A stretch of 64,000 nucleotides of DNA from assembly GCA_022844165.1 (NCBI GenBank), contig JALHMH010000015.1:40529-104528 (forward strand), given 5' to 3'. Made by a program: the position numbers and the translations under genes. Positions 40,106-49,777 of this stretch are shown here, piece after piece (position 1 is the stretch's first letter; each line of letters opens with the position of its first letter). A model generated the notes under the pieces. That model was not told the origin of the DNA and ran no database searches. It worked only from the letters and a program-made list of their open reading frames with translations. The DNA comes from Lysobacterales bacterium (GTDB taxonomy: Bacteria; Pseudomonadota; Gammaproteobacteria; Xanthomonadales; SZUA-5).

Positions 40106-41508
40106 GCTGGAGCCCTTTTGATCAGGGTCGCCAGGGCCTTGTTCATGCCAGTGGCGATGGCTTCGGGTTTAGGCACGACATCGCGTGCAGCGATGATGCC
40201 AAAGTCCATCCAGGCGCCATAACTATGTACCGTAATATTGAGCGCCAGGCCATGCGTGACGATCGATACCGGATAGTAGTGCAGCAGTTTTGCGCCGGCC
40301 AGAAACAGATCGATCGGTGGACCAGGGACATTGGAAACCACGAGATTCGCGAGCGGTGGCAAGCGCTCAGCAACCTTGCCTCGAGCCCAGAGGCGCGACA
40401 AGCCGGAGGCCCAGATCGGTGCCGCAAGGCCCGGAAAATCGGTAGGGATGAGATCCTTGAATGCCGCGACCTGATTCTTGATTTGAAGGGTGGCCGTGTG
40501 TATCGCACGCAGCCGATCAACGGGATCACTCAACTGGGTAGGCAGTGGGCATTGAACCATCGACACCTGATTGTTGGCTTCGGTGTCGCCACTGCTCCGA
40601 AGCGACACCGGCATCGCAACCACCAGTGGATCGCCGGGCAGTTCGTCTCGTCGTTTCAGATAGTCGCGTAACGCGCTCGCGACCAGCGCAAGCACCACAT
40701 CGTTCGCGCTCACGGCGAAAGCGCGCGCCACTTTCTTGATATCGGCCAGCGGCAGGCTGCACACGCCAAAGCTACGTTGACCACCAATCTGTGCATTGAA
40801 CGGCGTACGTGGCGCCAGCAGGAGAGCGTCTTTGGCGCGTCCGATCAGGGCGCCAGCATCGCTCAACGCTTGTCCTGCGAGTTTGAGTGTCGAAGGCACT
40901 GCGCGCAGCAACTTGGAAAACTGATTGACGGTGGCACGAAATGCCGTACTCGTAATCTCGCTTTGCCGCACAGCGGGATCTGGCGCCATCGCCGAGGCGC
41001 GTCGCTTCCTGGGTACCCGCGCTTCGAGATCGAGAACCGCCTGTGCCAGTGCCTGGCCCCCCTGACCATCCAGCAGCGCATGATGTACTTTGGAGTACAG
41101 GGCCAATTCACCGCTGGCCAGTCCCTCCAGGACCACGAATCGCCACAAAGGACGATCGCGCGGCAGCGGATCGGCATGCAAGTCAGCAACCCTGCGCAAT
41201 AGTTGCGAGAAGGTGCCGGGACGCGGCAGTCGTTCGTGGCGTATGTGCTCTTTGAGATCGATCTGTGCGACTTCGCCCCACATCGGGTGCGCCAGATCGA
41301 GCGGCGCATCGATGAGTTGCCGTTTCAAAGCGCGCGTCTTGGGCAGGCGCTCTGCAATCAAATCGGTCAGTGACGCGTGAAATTCATAACCGCGCCGTTT
41401 CGGCGGCGAGAGCAGCATGAGACTGCCGATGTGCATCGGCGTTCCCGCAGCTTCCAGGTACAAGAATCCGGCATCGAGTCCACTCAGTGGCTTCAAACGC
41501 ACGCGCAC
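40102..41508 (-). CDS. Wax ester synthase / diacylglycerol acyltransferase (WS/DGAT)
   Basis: LSGLDAGFLYLE, KVHHALLDG, SNVPGP. Confidence 0.95.
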   Translation of the reverse strand: MRVRLKPLSGLDAGFLYLEAAGTPMHIGSLMLLSPPKRRGYEFHASLTDLIAERLPKTRALKRQLIDAPLDLAHPMWGEVAQIDLKEHIRHERLPRPGTFSQLLRRVADLHADPLPRDRPLWRFVVLEGLASGELALYSKVHHALLDGQGGQALAQAVLDLEARVPRKRRASAMAPDPAVRQSEITSTAFRATVNQFSKLLRAVPSTLKLAGQALSDAGALIGRAKDALLLAPRTPFNAQIGGQRSFGVCSLPLADIKKVARAFAVSANDVVLALVASALRDYLKRRDELPGDPLVVAMPVSLRSSGDTEANNQVSMVQCPLPTQLSDPVDRLRAIHTATLQIKNQVAAFKDLIPTDFPGLAAPIWASGLSRLWARGKVAERLPPLANLVVSNVPGPPIDLFLAGAKLLHYYPVSIVTHGLALNITVHSYGAWMDFGIIAARDVVPKPEAIATGMNKALATLIKRAPA

Positions 41509-41562
41509 TCTTCCCGCAATCGATGTGCGCGCAGCATAGGGGAAATTTCGCGCAAAGATCGA

Positions 41563-41907
41563 TCAGGATTCGTTCTTGGCCTTCTCTGATTCGACCGCCG
41601 AGCCGGGTTCATAGTCACCCTCTGTACGAACCAGTACGCCATCCTCAAAAACGACGGTAATACGCTTCAACTCAACGTTGCCGTCCTGGTCCCTAAAGCT
41701 CGACACATAGTCCCAACGATCGTCGCGAAACGCTCCTTGCAACGCCGGAGATCCCAGAACCAGCGTGACCTGACGCTTGGTCATGCCAGGCTTGATGGCA
41801 TCGATTTGCTCAGGTTCAAGCACGTTGCCTTGTTGCACCGGCTGTTTGTAAAGCAAACCGCAGCCACTCAACGCAACGATTGCAAGCGCCAAAACTGAAA
41901 TCCGCAT
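41563..41907 (-). CDS. bamE: Outer membrane protein assembly factor BamE
   Basis: Lipobox LSGC, QGN, GMTK.QV..LGSP, RWDY; divergent from fur. Confidence 0.95.
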   Translation of the reverse strand: MRISVLALAIVALSGCGLLYKQPVQQGNVLEPEQIDAIKPGMTKRQVTLVLGSPALQGAFRDDRWDYVSSFRDQDGNVELKRITVVFEDGVLVRTEGDYEPGSAVESEKAKNES

Positions 41908-41980
41908 GTATGTCACCCGCCCTTGAGGAATGCGGTGGATAATACCGCGCAACGATGGCCACCCCGTTAATGAGGATTGC

Positions 41981-42418
41981 ATGCCGAATCGAAGCGAACG
42001 CGCCGAAACCCAGGACCTGCGCAAAGTAGGTCTAAAAGTCACGCACCCGCGCATGCGCATCCTTGACATCCTGGGCAACGCACAGAAGAAGCACATGACC
42101 GCCGAGGACGTATATCGCCTCTTGATCGAACAAGGCGACGATATTGGTCTGGCGACGGTGTACCGCGTATTGAACCAGTTCGAAACTGCGGGAATCGTTG
42201 TGCGCCATCACTTCGAGGGTGGTCAATCGGTGTACGAACTGGACCAGGATGGCCATCACGATCACATGGTTTGCGTTGCGACCGGCAAAGTCATCGAATT
42301 CCAGAATGCCGAAATCGAACGGTTACAACGCGAGATTGCCGAAGCGCACGGATATGACCTGGAGGACCACAGCCTGGTTCTCTATGTTCGCCCAAAAAAG
42401 GTCGGTAAGGGGCGCTGA
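41981..42418 (+). CDS. fur: Ferric uptake regulator
   Basis: GLKVT.PR, IGLATVYR.L, HHDHMVC. Confidence 0.97.
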   Translation: MPNRSERAETQDLRKVGLKVTHPRMRILDILGNAQKKHMTAEDVYRLLIEQGDDIGLATVYRVLNQFETAGIVVRHHFEGGQSVYELDQDGHHDHMVCVATGKVIEFQNAEIERLQREIAEAHGYDLEDHSLVLYVRPKKVGKGR

Positions 42419-42506
42419 ACAGGAATCATCGAATTCGGCGGTTTCACCGACGGCTCAGGTTGAACATGCGAGAACTTGTCACGACGCTCACCTTGGAGGA
42501 GTCGCG

Positions 42507-42941
42507 ATGTCGACGTTTCGTGTTGCGCTGATGGCAATTTCGGTCCTGTTTCTCACCGCTTGTGCCAGCAGCGGTGGTTATCGTTACGATGATGGTTACG
42601 ATGGTTACTGCAACAACTGTGGCGTCGTCGAACGAATCGAGCGTGTCTATGGCGAGCGAAAAACAACCGGTGGCGGCGCCGTGCTCGGCGCGATCATCGG
42701 CGGTGCATTGGGTAACCAGGTTGGCAAAGGCGATGGTCGTAAAGCTGCAACAGTCGCCGGTGCTGTGGCCGGCGGCATCGTCGGCAACAACGTTGAGAAG
42801 AACCAGCGTAGCCAACCCCGCTTCGAAATTTTTGTGCGCATGGATGACGGGCGGCGTCTGGTGATCGAGCAACCCACGCTCGACGGACTGCGCGACGGCG
42901 ATCGAGTGGTTGTCAGCGGCGGTCGCGCGCGCCTGCGTTGA
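42507..42941 (+). CDS. Glycine-zipper 2TM lipoprotein (SlyB-like)
   Basis: Lipobox LTAC; GAVLGAIIGGALGNQVG.G.GR..ATVAGAVAGG; GGAGG RBS. Confidence 0.9.
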   Translation: MSTFRVALMAISVLFLTACASSGGYRYDDGYDGYCNNCGVVERIERVYGERKTTGGGAVLGAIIGGALGNQVGKGDGRKAATVAGAVAGGIVGNNVEKNQRSQPRFEIFVRMDDGRRLVIEQPTLDGLRDGDRVVVSGGRARLR

Positions 42942-42967
42942 ACCCCGTCTACGAGCAGCGCTCCGGC

Positions 42968-44143
42968 ATGAGGCGAATAGATCCGACGTCTCGCCTTGTG
43001 GCGAACGAAGTCACGATCGAATTCGAGTCGCAGGGAAACGTCACGCTTAAGCGTGGCGGTAACGCATTGAGCGTTTCGCCTGTAGCGCTGCGCGTGTTGG
43101 AGGCGTTCGCCGCGCCTGTTGTCTATAGCGATGCTGTCAGCCGTTTGCTCGCATCGTCGACCAAGGCGGGATTCATTACGATGACCGCCTTGATCGCCGA
43201 GCTGTTCGACCAGGGTTTTTTGGGCGAGACGGGGTCTGCACCGATGTCCGGCCGCTTCCACGGCGAAGTGGGTATGCATATCGCCATGCTCAACGATCGT
43301 GCGCGAACTCAAGCTTATCTGGACGCTATTGCCCGTATCGTGCGTCCGGGCGATGTGGTGATCGATCTGGGAACCGGCACGGGGGTCTTGGCCATGGCTG
43401 CCGCCCGAGCCGGCGCTTCGCGGGTCTACGCCATCGAAGCCAGCAGCTTTGCCGACACGGCAGAAAAAACCGTCGCCGACAACGGCTATGCCGATGTGGT
43501 ACAGATCGTACGCGGCTGGTCCACAGAAATCGATCTCCCCGAACGCGCCGACGTGTTGCTCTCCGAGATTATCGGCAACGATCCTTTTGCCGAGGGCTTT
43601 CTGTTGTATCTGAGTGATGCGCGTCGGCGATTCTTGAAACCGGATGGGATCCTGTTGCCGGATCGTTTTGCGCTCGGAGGTTATTTCGCGAGCGCTTCGA
43701 CCAGCGCGGTTTCCGAACGCCGCGTTGTCACCCATGATGCCGTGCGTTGGCAACAAGTGTATGGGATGGATTTTTCCGAGTTTGCCGATCTCACGCGACG
43801 CACGACCATGCGACTGTATCTTCCGCCGTCGGTGAGTTCGACATGGCCGATGTGCAGTCCGGCACGCCTGCTTTGGGAGCATTGCTTCGCTCACGACCCG
43901 GAGGTTCAGTCTTTGTCCTTCGATTGGCAGATTGCCGATGAGGTCGAGCATCCGGCGTTCGTTTGGTATTTCGAGCTCGGATTTGGTACCCAGACGCTCA
44001 GCACCGATCCGCGCGTCGATTCGACATCGCACTGGAAGCTGCCGGTCGACTTGCCGCCCGCGGCAAGCAGGTATCGACTTGATCTGCGCACCAGCGCTGT
44101 TGCGCAGAAATTATTGAGTGAGTTCAAAGTGCTGTCACCGTAA
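42968..44143 (+). CDS. Protein arginine methyltransferase (PRMT)-like SAM-dependent enzyme with extra N-terminal domain
   Basis: HIAMLNDRARTQAY, VIDLGTGTG, VYAIEAS, SEIIGNDPFAE (double-E loop-like), LSTDP...SHW (THW loop-like); start could be TTG 42938. Confidence 0.8.
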   Translation: MRRIDPTSRLVANEVTIEFESQGNVTLKRGGNALSVSPVALRVLEAFAAPVVYSDAVSRLLASSTKAGFITMTALIAELFDQGFLGETGSAPMSGRFHGEVGMHIAMLNDRARTQAYLDAIARIVRPGDVVIDLGTGTGVLAMAAARAGASRVYAIEASSFADTAEKTVADNGYADVVQIVRGWSTEIDLPERADVLLSEIIGNDPFAEGFLLYLSDARRRFLKPDGILLPDRFALGGYFASASTSAVSERRVVTHDAVRWQQVYGMDFSEFADLTRRTTMRLYLPPSVSSTWPMCSPARLLWEHCFAHDPEVQSLSFDWQIADEVEHPAFVWYFELGFGTQTLSTDPRVDSTSHWKLPVDLPPAASRYRLDLRTSAVAQKLLSEFKVLSP

Positions 44144-46190
44144 TGCGGACGCCGTTCAGCGCCGCATTGCCGCTGGGCAGATCCAGATCCGACGGATCGC
44201 TGAGGTCGTTGTACGACGCGCCGGGTAGCACCTGAGCCCTTTGCAGTTTTATGCCATCGACCTGATGACCGAAGCCATGAGGCAGGCACGCGACGCCGCG
44301 CCGCAAACTGTCGTCGGCAATCACTTCCGTCACGATGGCGCCGACGGCTGAACTTACCCGTACTCTGGCGCCATCGCCGATTCCGAGTGCCGCAAGATCT
44401 GCCGAGTGCATTTGCAACTGGTGTCGCGGTTTGCCTTTGATCAGGCGCGGTGCATTGTGCATCCAGCTGTTGTTGCTGCGGACGTCGCGGCGGCCGATCA
44501 ACTGCAATCCGCCAGCGACTTCGCACGCGACCAGACGCGCAAGATCCTGCACAATAAACTCGTGCCAACATTCGATCTGCCCGCTTGCAGTTTCCAATCG
44601 CGTCAACAACGTTGGTTCCAGTGGGCCGAGATCGAGGCCATGCACGGCACCCAGCAATGCATCGAAGTCGACGTTACCGGTCCGGCGGATCAGTGCTTCG
44701 ATCAACTTTCTTGGTTCGGGCAATTCGTCGAACGCCTTTCCGGTCGCCATCGCGTAGGCTCGCGCGATGCCGCCGATGATTTGAAAGTCGGCACGTTCAT
44801 TCGCGGCTTGTTCGCGCAGCGGCGTATTGATGCGGGCGATACGGCGCACGGCGAAGGCATTGAAGACCGAGTCGTAGTGATACTGCGTCAGGAACGAAGC
44901 AGGCGGAAGAATCAAATTCGCGTGGCGCGTCGTCTCGTTGATGTAAATGTCCATCGAGACCATCCATTCTAGTGATGCGAGTGCCGAGTCGAGACGCTGC
45001 CCGTTGGGTGTGGATAGCACTGGATTGCCGGCCGACGTGAACACTGCACGCACTTGATCCTGGCCGGGCGTTTCGATTTCTTCGATCAATGCCGAGACCG
45101 GGAGTTCACCGGCGAATTCCGGCAACCCTCGAACGCGACTATGCCAACGTGCCCGATTGCCGGGGGACGTGCCTTTGCCGGTGACCGGCATCACCGGATC
45201 GTTGGGCAACACGCCGCCGCATTTGTCGAGTTGCCCAAGGTAAATGTTGATCAGCTGTATGAGCCATTGGCAAAGCGTGCCGAAGGCTTGCGTTGACACG
45301 CCCATACGACCGTACACAGCGGCATCACGCTGCCCGTAAATCTCGCGCGCGATGCGATCGATGTCTTCATGCGGCAGGCCAGTCCGCTGCTCGATTTCAT
45401 TGGCGGCAAAACCAGGCAACGCGTCCAGCGACTGCAAGAACCCGTTCAATCGCCCGCCGTAGTGTTCGAGCCGGGCCGGGCCGCAGCCGCGCAAGGCATC
45501 GAGCAGTGCGATCAAGAACACCGCGTCGCCACCGGGTTTGATGGGTAAGTGCCGCGAAGCTATTTCGGCCGTCTCGGTTCGGCGCGGATCCACGACGATC
45601 AAGGTGCCGCGTTGCGTCAGCGCTTTGAGACGTTTGGCGATGCCCGGTGCAGTCAGCAAACTGCCGTTCGAGGCTACGGGATTGGCACCCAGCATCAGCA
45701 AATAATCGCAGCGATCCAGGTCGACAATCGGGATCAGGAACTGATGCCCATACATTGCCCAGGCAACGAGTTGATGTGGCCACTGGTCGACGCTGGAGGC
45801 AGAATAGACATTGCGCGTTTTCAGCAGCCGCAGCCACTGGGGAAGATAGGCAATGTGCCCAAAGTGGTGGACGTTCGGATTACCGACATAGGCGCCGACA
45901 GCGTTCGCGCCATATTTGGCCTGGACGGCAGCGAACCCCTCGCCAGCGCGCTGCAGCGCTTCTTCCCATCCGATCTCGACGAATCGCCCGTTGACTTTTA
46001 GTCGTGGCGTATGCAATCGGTCCGGATCGGCTTCCAAATCCAGAATGGCGTTGCCCTTCGGGCAGATATGACCGCGGCTGAAAGGATCGCTGAGGTCGCC
46101 GCGAATGGCTGTGAGCCCTTCGTCCTGCGATTGAAATTCAAGGCCACAAATAGCCTCGCACAGTGGACAGGCGCGATACTGGCGAAACAT
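44124..46190 (-). CDS. Molybdopterin-dependent oxidoreductase
   Basis: CPLCEAICG 4Fe-4S motif, GHICPKG, GANP..SNGS, SNNSWMHN. Confidence 0.92.
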   Translation of the reverse strand: MFRQYRACPLCEAICGLEFQSQDEGLTAIRGDLSDPFSRGHICPKGNAILDLEADPDRLHTPRLKVNGRFVEIGWEEALQRAGEGFAAVQAKYGANAVGAYVGNPNVHHFGHIAYLPQWLRLLKTRNVYSASSVDQWPHQLVAWAMYGHQFLIPIVDLDRCDYLLMLGANPVASNGSLLTAPGIAKRLKALTQRGTLIVVDPRRTETAEIASRHLPIKPGGDAVFLIALLDALRGCGPARLEHYGGRLNGFLQSLDALPGFAANEIEQRTGLPHEDIDRIAREIYGQRDAAVYGRMGVSTQAFGTLCQWLIQLINIYLGQLDKCGGVLPNDPVMPVTGKGTSPGNRARWHSRVRGLPEFAGELPVSALIEEIETPGQDQVRAVFTSAGNPVLSTPNGQRLDSALASLEWMVSMDIYINETTRHANLILPPASFLTQYHYDSVFNAFAVRRIARINTPLREQAANERADFQIIGGIARAYAMATGKAFDELPEPRKLIEALIRRTGNVDFDALLGAVHGLDLGPLEPTLLTRLETASGQIECWHEFIVQDLARLVACEVAGGLQLIGRRDVRSNNSWMHNAPRLIKGKPRHQLQMHSADLAALGIGDGARVRVSSAVGAIVTEVIADDSLRRGVACLPHGFGHQVDGIKLQRAQVLPGASYNDLSDPSDLDLPSGNAALNGVRITVTAL

Positions 46191-46288
46191 GGCTGGACCT
46201 GAAGACACCGGAGCTTCTATCGTACATTGCTTCTGGTCGCCCGTGATGAAGGGAATCGCAGCACCGCGTCGCGCTCTGCGCGCGAGCC

Positions 46289-46621
46289 GTGAAGCTGTTG
46301 CGCCAACTACCGCGTGAGAGCGACTTCGTGTTGCTGGGCAGCCAACCGCGCACGCACTTCAACGCCGAATCGCCGCGCGCATTCTTGCAGCGCGATCTCG
46401 GAAAGACTGGCATCACCGCGCACGGGTTCCGCTCGTCCTTCCGCGATTGGGCCGTAGAAACCACCAGGCTCGGCAGCGACGTTGTCGAAATGGCGCTCGC
46501 GCACACCATCAAGAACAAAGTCGAAGCCGCCTACCGTCGCGGCGATCTTTTCGCCAAGCGTGCGAAGCTCATGCAAGCGTGGGACGATTACCTGAGCCAG
46601 CGAAAATCCGCCGCCGCTTGA
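46289..46621 (+). pseudogene. Tyrosine integrase C-terminal fragment (P4-like)
   Basis: HGFRSSFRDW, EMALAH, AAYRRGDL..KR..LM..W; N-terminal ~300 aa absent. Confidence 0.9.
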
Positions 46622-46637
46622 CGAACACAACGAGCGA

Positions 46638-47453
46638 TCAAAGCTTGCCCTTGATGTAGATCGCTGCCTTCTCGATCTCGGGGAACATCGAGCTGTCATT
46701 GATCGCCATTCGGTCTAGTTCGTCGCAGATGAGCTCCTTCTTGTTCCCATTGATGTGTATTCGCTCCACCGCGATCCCATCAGGCGGTGCTGATTCAAGG
46801 TCAACATTCTGACCGAGAAGAATGAACGCACCGGACTGGGCGAGGATGCGCCTGTTGTTGAGCTTTGGCTTTACTACTATCGCCGTCTGGAGATGCTCCG
46901 GTTTGATCTCTGCACGAAAGTGCGGTTTTTCTGCCCGAATGAACTGAAGCAATCTATCGACTGGCGTTTGCGAGTTGAAATCATGCCCCGTTTGCGTGAA
47001 ATCGATTGCCCTCTTTTCGCTGTCGCTCAAATGCGCCAGGTTCGCGATACAACTTGCGGTATCGCTGTCGTAGTACTTGACCAAGTCTCGGTTAATACGG
47101 AATACGACGACCTCGCCGGGCTTGCCTGGGTCATCTTTAGCGGCAAAGTAAAGGCCAGCAAGCGGATTCCATGTCACGTCAAGTAGCCTCGTTGGCAGCG
47201 AGTAGTGTTGAACTCGTGCCAACTGCTCAAGCGTGGTCCCATCTTGAGCAAAATCGCTTGGATGTGAAGCGACCAACTCGCGAAGAATCTGATGCTCGGC
47301 GTCACGAAACCGCGCCTCCCGAAGGACGGACGGGACGAGCTTGAATTTGATTCGATCTGAGTGGCCCCGATAGAGCAACACTTCGTCATTGACCGGTTTG
47401 ACCTGACGAATCTTGCGAACAAAACCTTCAAGGCTGGAAATCGTCTGGGTCAT
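46638..47453 (-). CDS. FRG domain-containing protein
   Basis: LYRGH, L.PS..R, QHYSLPTRLLDVT.NPL..LYFA, N.RI.AQSGAF. Confidence 0.92.
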   Translation of the reverse strand: MTQTISSLEGFVRKIRQVKPVNDEVLLYRGHSDRIKFKLVPSVLREARFRDAEHQILRELVASHPSDFAQDGTTLEQLARVQHYSLPTRLLDVTWNPLAGLYFAAKDDPGKPGEVVVFRINRDLVKYYDSDTASCIANLAHLSDSEKRAIDFTQTGHDFNSQTPVDRLLQFIRAEKPHFRAEIKPEHLQTAIVVKPKLNNRRILAQSGAFILLGQNVDLESAPPDGIAVERIHINGNKKELICDELDRMAINDSSMFPEIEKAAIYIKGKL

Positions 47454-47550
47454 CTTTGTGCAATGCTCAGCCGCGCGGCTCGCTGCTTACAATACTGCCG
47501 AATTTGGTTCGTCACCTGTAGCAAAGACGAAGAAGGCAGCGTGATCCGAG

Positions 47551-48231
47551 ATGCGCAAGATCGGGACGAGGAATCCGACGCACACAATCCGACCTGAGGC
47601 GCTAGCCACATCTCCACGAAATTGGGATGTGCTTGAAAGGAGTCTCAACGATATCTGCCCAGGTCATGGAGCTTCGGTCTTTTCGAAGGTCGCTCCGAAG
47701 GTCGACTGGCTTAGGGATTGCGTAACGTTCGCCCAGTACGGACCCTCGCCAAAGGAGCGCAAGCTTTACTGCGAGCAATTCGCAAAAGCCGCGCAAGACT
47801 TGCTCGCGCTTCTTGAGATTAGACAGGTCCAAGCTCAGTCCGGAAGGCGACATTTTCATCCGGGGTTCGTCGACATCCTGCACGCTGCCGGCGACCGGGC
47901 AAAAAAAGTTGACACTGAAGCGGAGGAATTTGTTCGCCTTCTCCTGGAAGTTGCAAATCGCGCCACATCGTCTCCTCACCGCTCGCGCTTGTCGATTGAT
48001 CGAGAAGTTGTATCCCTAGCGAAGATCGTCATCGGTCTGCCGCCACATGAAAAGCCCGCGACCGTGCGCAACGACAAATACGGGGAGCCGCTCTCTGAAG
48101 ATCAACATTTGCTGCTGGTCTTGCTGAAGCACGCTGGCTTTCCAGGTTCGCTCTCTCAGGCAAGCCTAGCCAAGTACTTGGCGAAGGCGCGCAAGACGGT
48201 GAATGGAAAAAGTAGGGTCAGTTGCACCTGA
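47551..48231 (+). CDS. Hypothetical island protein
   Basis: 226 aa ORF directly upstream of the AlpA-like gene; no recognised motif. Confidence 0.55.
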   Translation: MRKIGTRNPTHTIRPEALATSPRNWDVLERSLNDICPGHGASVFSKVAPKVDWLRDCVTFAQYGPSPKERKLYCEQFAKAAQDLLALLEIRQVQAQSGRRHFHPGFVDILHAAGDRAKKVDTEAEEFVRLLLEVANRATSSPHRSRLSIDREVVSLAKIVIGLPPHEKPATVRNDKYGEPLSEDQHLLLVLLKHAGFPGSLSQASLAKYLAKARKTVNGKSRVSCT

Positions 48232-48299
48232 CTTTTGGTTTTGCCTTCGGCGTTCTGGATGGTCAACACTCTCTCCGCACACCGACACGGAGACCGTTG

Positions 48300-48542
48300 A
48301 TGCACACGATGACCACACACGGGGCAACCGAACAACAGATCGTCCAGCGGCGCTTGATTACCGGCCCGGTGGCTTGCCAGATTCTCGGTCTTGGAGAAAC
48401 GAAGCTTTGGCAATTGGTACAACGCGGCGACATCACCCGAATCCAACTCACGCGCAAGATGACCCGGTACGATCTCGCCGAAGTCAACGCGCTCGCCGAT
48501 AGCTGGATCGCCGCAGCGAAGGCGCGGAAGGTGGCCGTATGA
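48300..48542 (+). CDS. AlpA/excisionase-like HTH protein
   Basis: LI....ACQILGLGETKLWQLV..G....IQL..KMTRY...EV pattern. Confidence 0.78.
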   Translation: MHTMTTHGATEQQIVQRRLITGPVACQILGLGETKLWQLVQRGDITRIQLTRKMTRYDLAEVNALADSWIAAAKARKVAV

Positions 48543-48772
48543 GGGAGCACGGCGATTCAATCGGGCTGGCGCCTTGCGAACTATTCCCCACGGCACGCCA
48601 TCTGGTGTGCGTGGTGGCTACTGCATGCGACTCTGCAAGCGCGACTTGTGAAAAGCTGGCGCAGATGATGGCGCCTGAACTTGCCGAGCAACTGGCCGAA
48701 CAGGGCAGAGAAATCACCCGAGCCGCCAATTGCGCGCGCCTGTCCCTCTTGCGCGAGCAACGCGCAGTGTGA
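48539..48772 (+). CDS. Hypothetical small island protein
   Basis: ATGA/GTGA overlaps with both neighbours. Confidence 0.55.
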   Translation: MREHGDSIGLAPCELFPTARHLVCVVATACDSASATCEKLAQMMAPELAEQLAEQGREITRAANCARLSLLREQRAV

Positions 48773-49233
48773 GTGTCAAGCCGATGGAATCAAAGAGGAA
48801 ACGCAACAAGAGTAAGCACGATTCGGGCTGGTCCGAAATCAAAGGTGGGCAGGCTTTCGTCATTCCGGTGGCGTTGCTCAAGCACGACAATTTTCGCCGC
48901 CTAAGTCCTCACGCCTGCAAACTCCTGTTTGACCTTGGTCGCCAGTTCACCGGGTCAAACAACGGCTATCTCCACCCCGGCATCAAGGTCTTGCGAGAAC
49001 AGGGATGGCACTCTTCGCATACGATTGTCAAAGCGATTCGCGAGCTTCGACATTACCGAATCCTGACGCAAACCGTCCAGGGCGGAAAGAACCGGCCTAG
49101 CTACTACGGTTTCACGTTCCGAAAAATCACCGAGAATCCCAAACGGCCGTTCGACCGACCGATGCCGATCAAACAGCCTACCGACGAGTGGGAAACGCCG
49201 GCAGAAGCTTTTCCTTCCGGGAAAAATCCTTAG
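48769..49233 (+). CDS. Winged-helix protein, putative replication initiator of the element
   Basis: F..IP..LL....F..LS..A.KLL..L..QF.G.NNG...S..TI.KA..EL pattern seen in phage/satellite HTH proteins. Confidence 0.7.
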   Translation: MSVKPMESKRKRNKSKHDSGWSEIKGGQAFVIPVALLKHDNFRRLSPHACKLLFDLGRQFTGSNNGYLHPGIKVLREQGWHSSHTIVKAIRELRHYRILTQTVQGGKNRPSYYGFTFRKITENPKRPFDRPMPIKQPTDEWETPAEAFPSGKNP

Positions 49234-49378
49234 TGCAATAGGTGCACAAAATTAGAGCAGCCACTGCTCAAGTCTGCCTGCGGTTTGTGCTCTCACTGCA
49301 CAAGATTTCGCCAGCTTGTGCATTACGTGCCCTAGTCCGCACGACTTTGAGAGGTGCGTTTGTGCAGCGACTGCACAG
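49231..49378. repeat. Four palindromic iteron-like sites (putative origin)
   Basis: TAGTGCA-N5-TGCACAA (49231), TTGTGCT-N5-TGCACAA (49285), TTGTGCA-N5-TGCCCTA (49316), TTGTGCA-N5-TGCACAG (49360). Confidence 0.7.
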
Positions 49379-49456
49379 TTATGCATCTTATGCCATACCA
49401 ATGCTTGAAGATCGGGATCAGGCACCGTTGAATCGGTTCGCAGCCGATGCCAAAAC

Positions 49457-49735
49457 TCAAGCCCTAACCTTCGCTTGCATCGCTTCGCTTGTATCGCGGC
49501 TATCGTCGGCGGATTGCTTAGGCTCGGTCGCCGACGAAGGATCGAGCACCGGGAGCAGGTAGCTGTTCCAGTTGCTAGCGGCCAAGTTCTCCCAATACGA
49601 CTGGCCGTCCTCCGCGTCGCGCTTCGCATACCACGGGTGCCGCACGTACCGCTCTCTCAATCGTGCTGCGCCCAACGCCAATTTCTGGGCGGAGGTTAGG
49701 TTCTTGAGATGCTCGGGAATCTCTCGCGTCGTCAT
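49457..49735 (-). CDS. Hypothetical island protein
   Basis: 92 aa ORF with GAGG RBS. Confidence 0.45.
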   Translation of the reverse strand: MTTREIPEHLKNLTSAQKLALGAARLRERYVRHPWYAKRDAEDGQSYWENLAASNWNSYLLPVLDPSSATEPKQSADDSRDTSEAMQAKVRA

Positions 49736-49777
49736 CTGTGGCCTCGTTGACTCGGGACTTGCCGCGTGCGCTGGTCA

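Noticed and set aside
42968-44143. Annotation as PrmA (L11 methyltransferase)
   Set aside because: Only the SAM motif is shared; the double-E and THW-like loops and overall layout fit PRMTs better.
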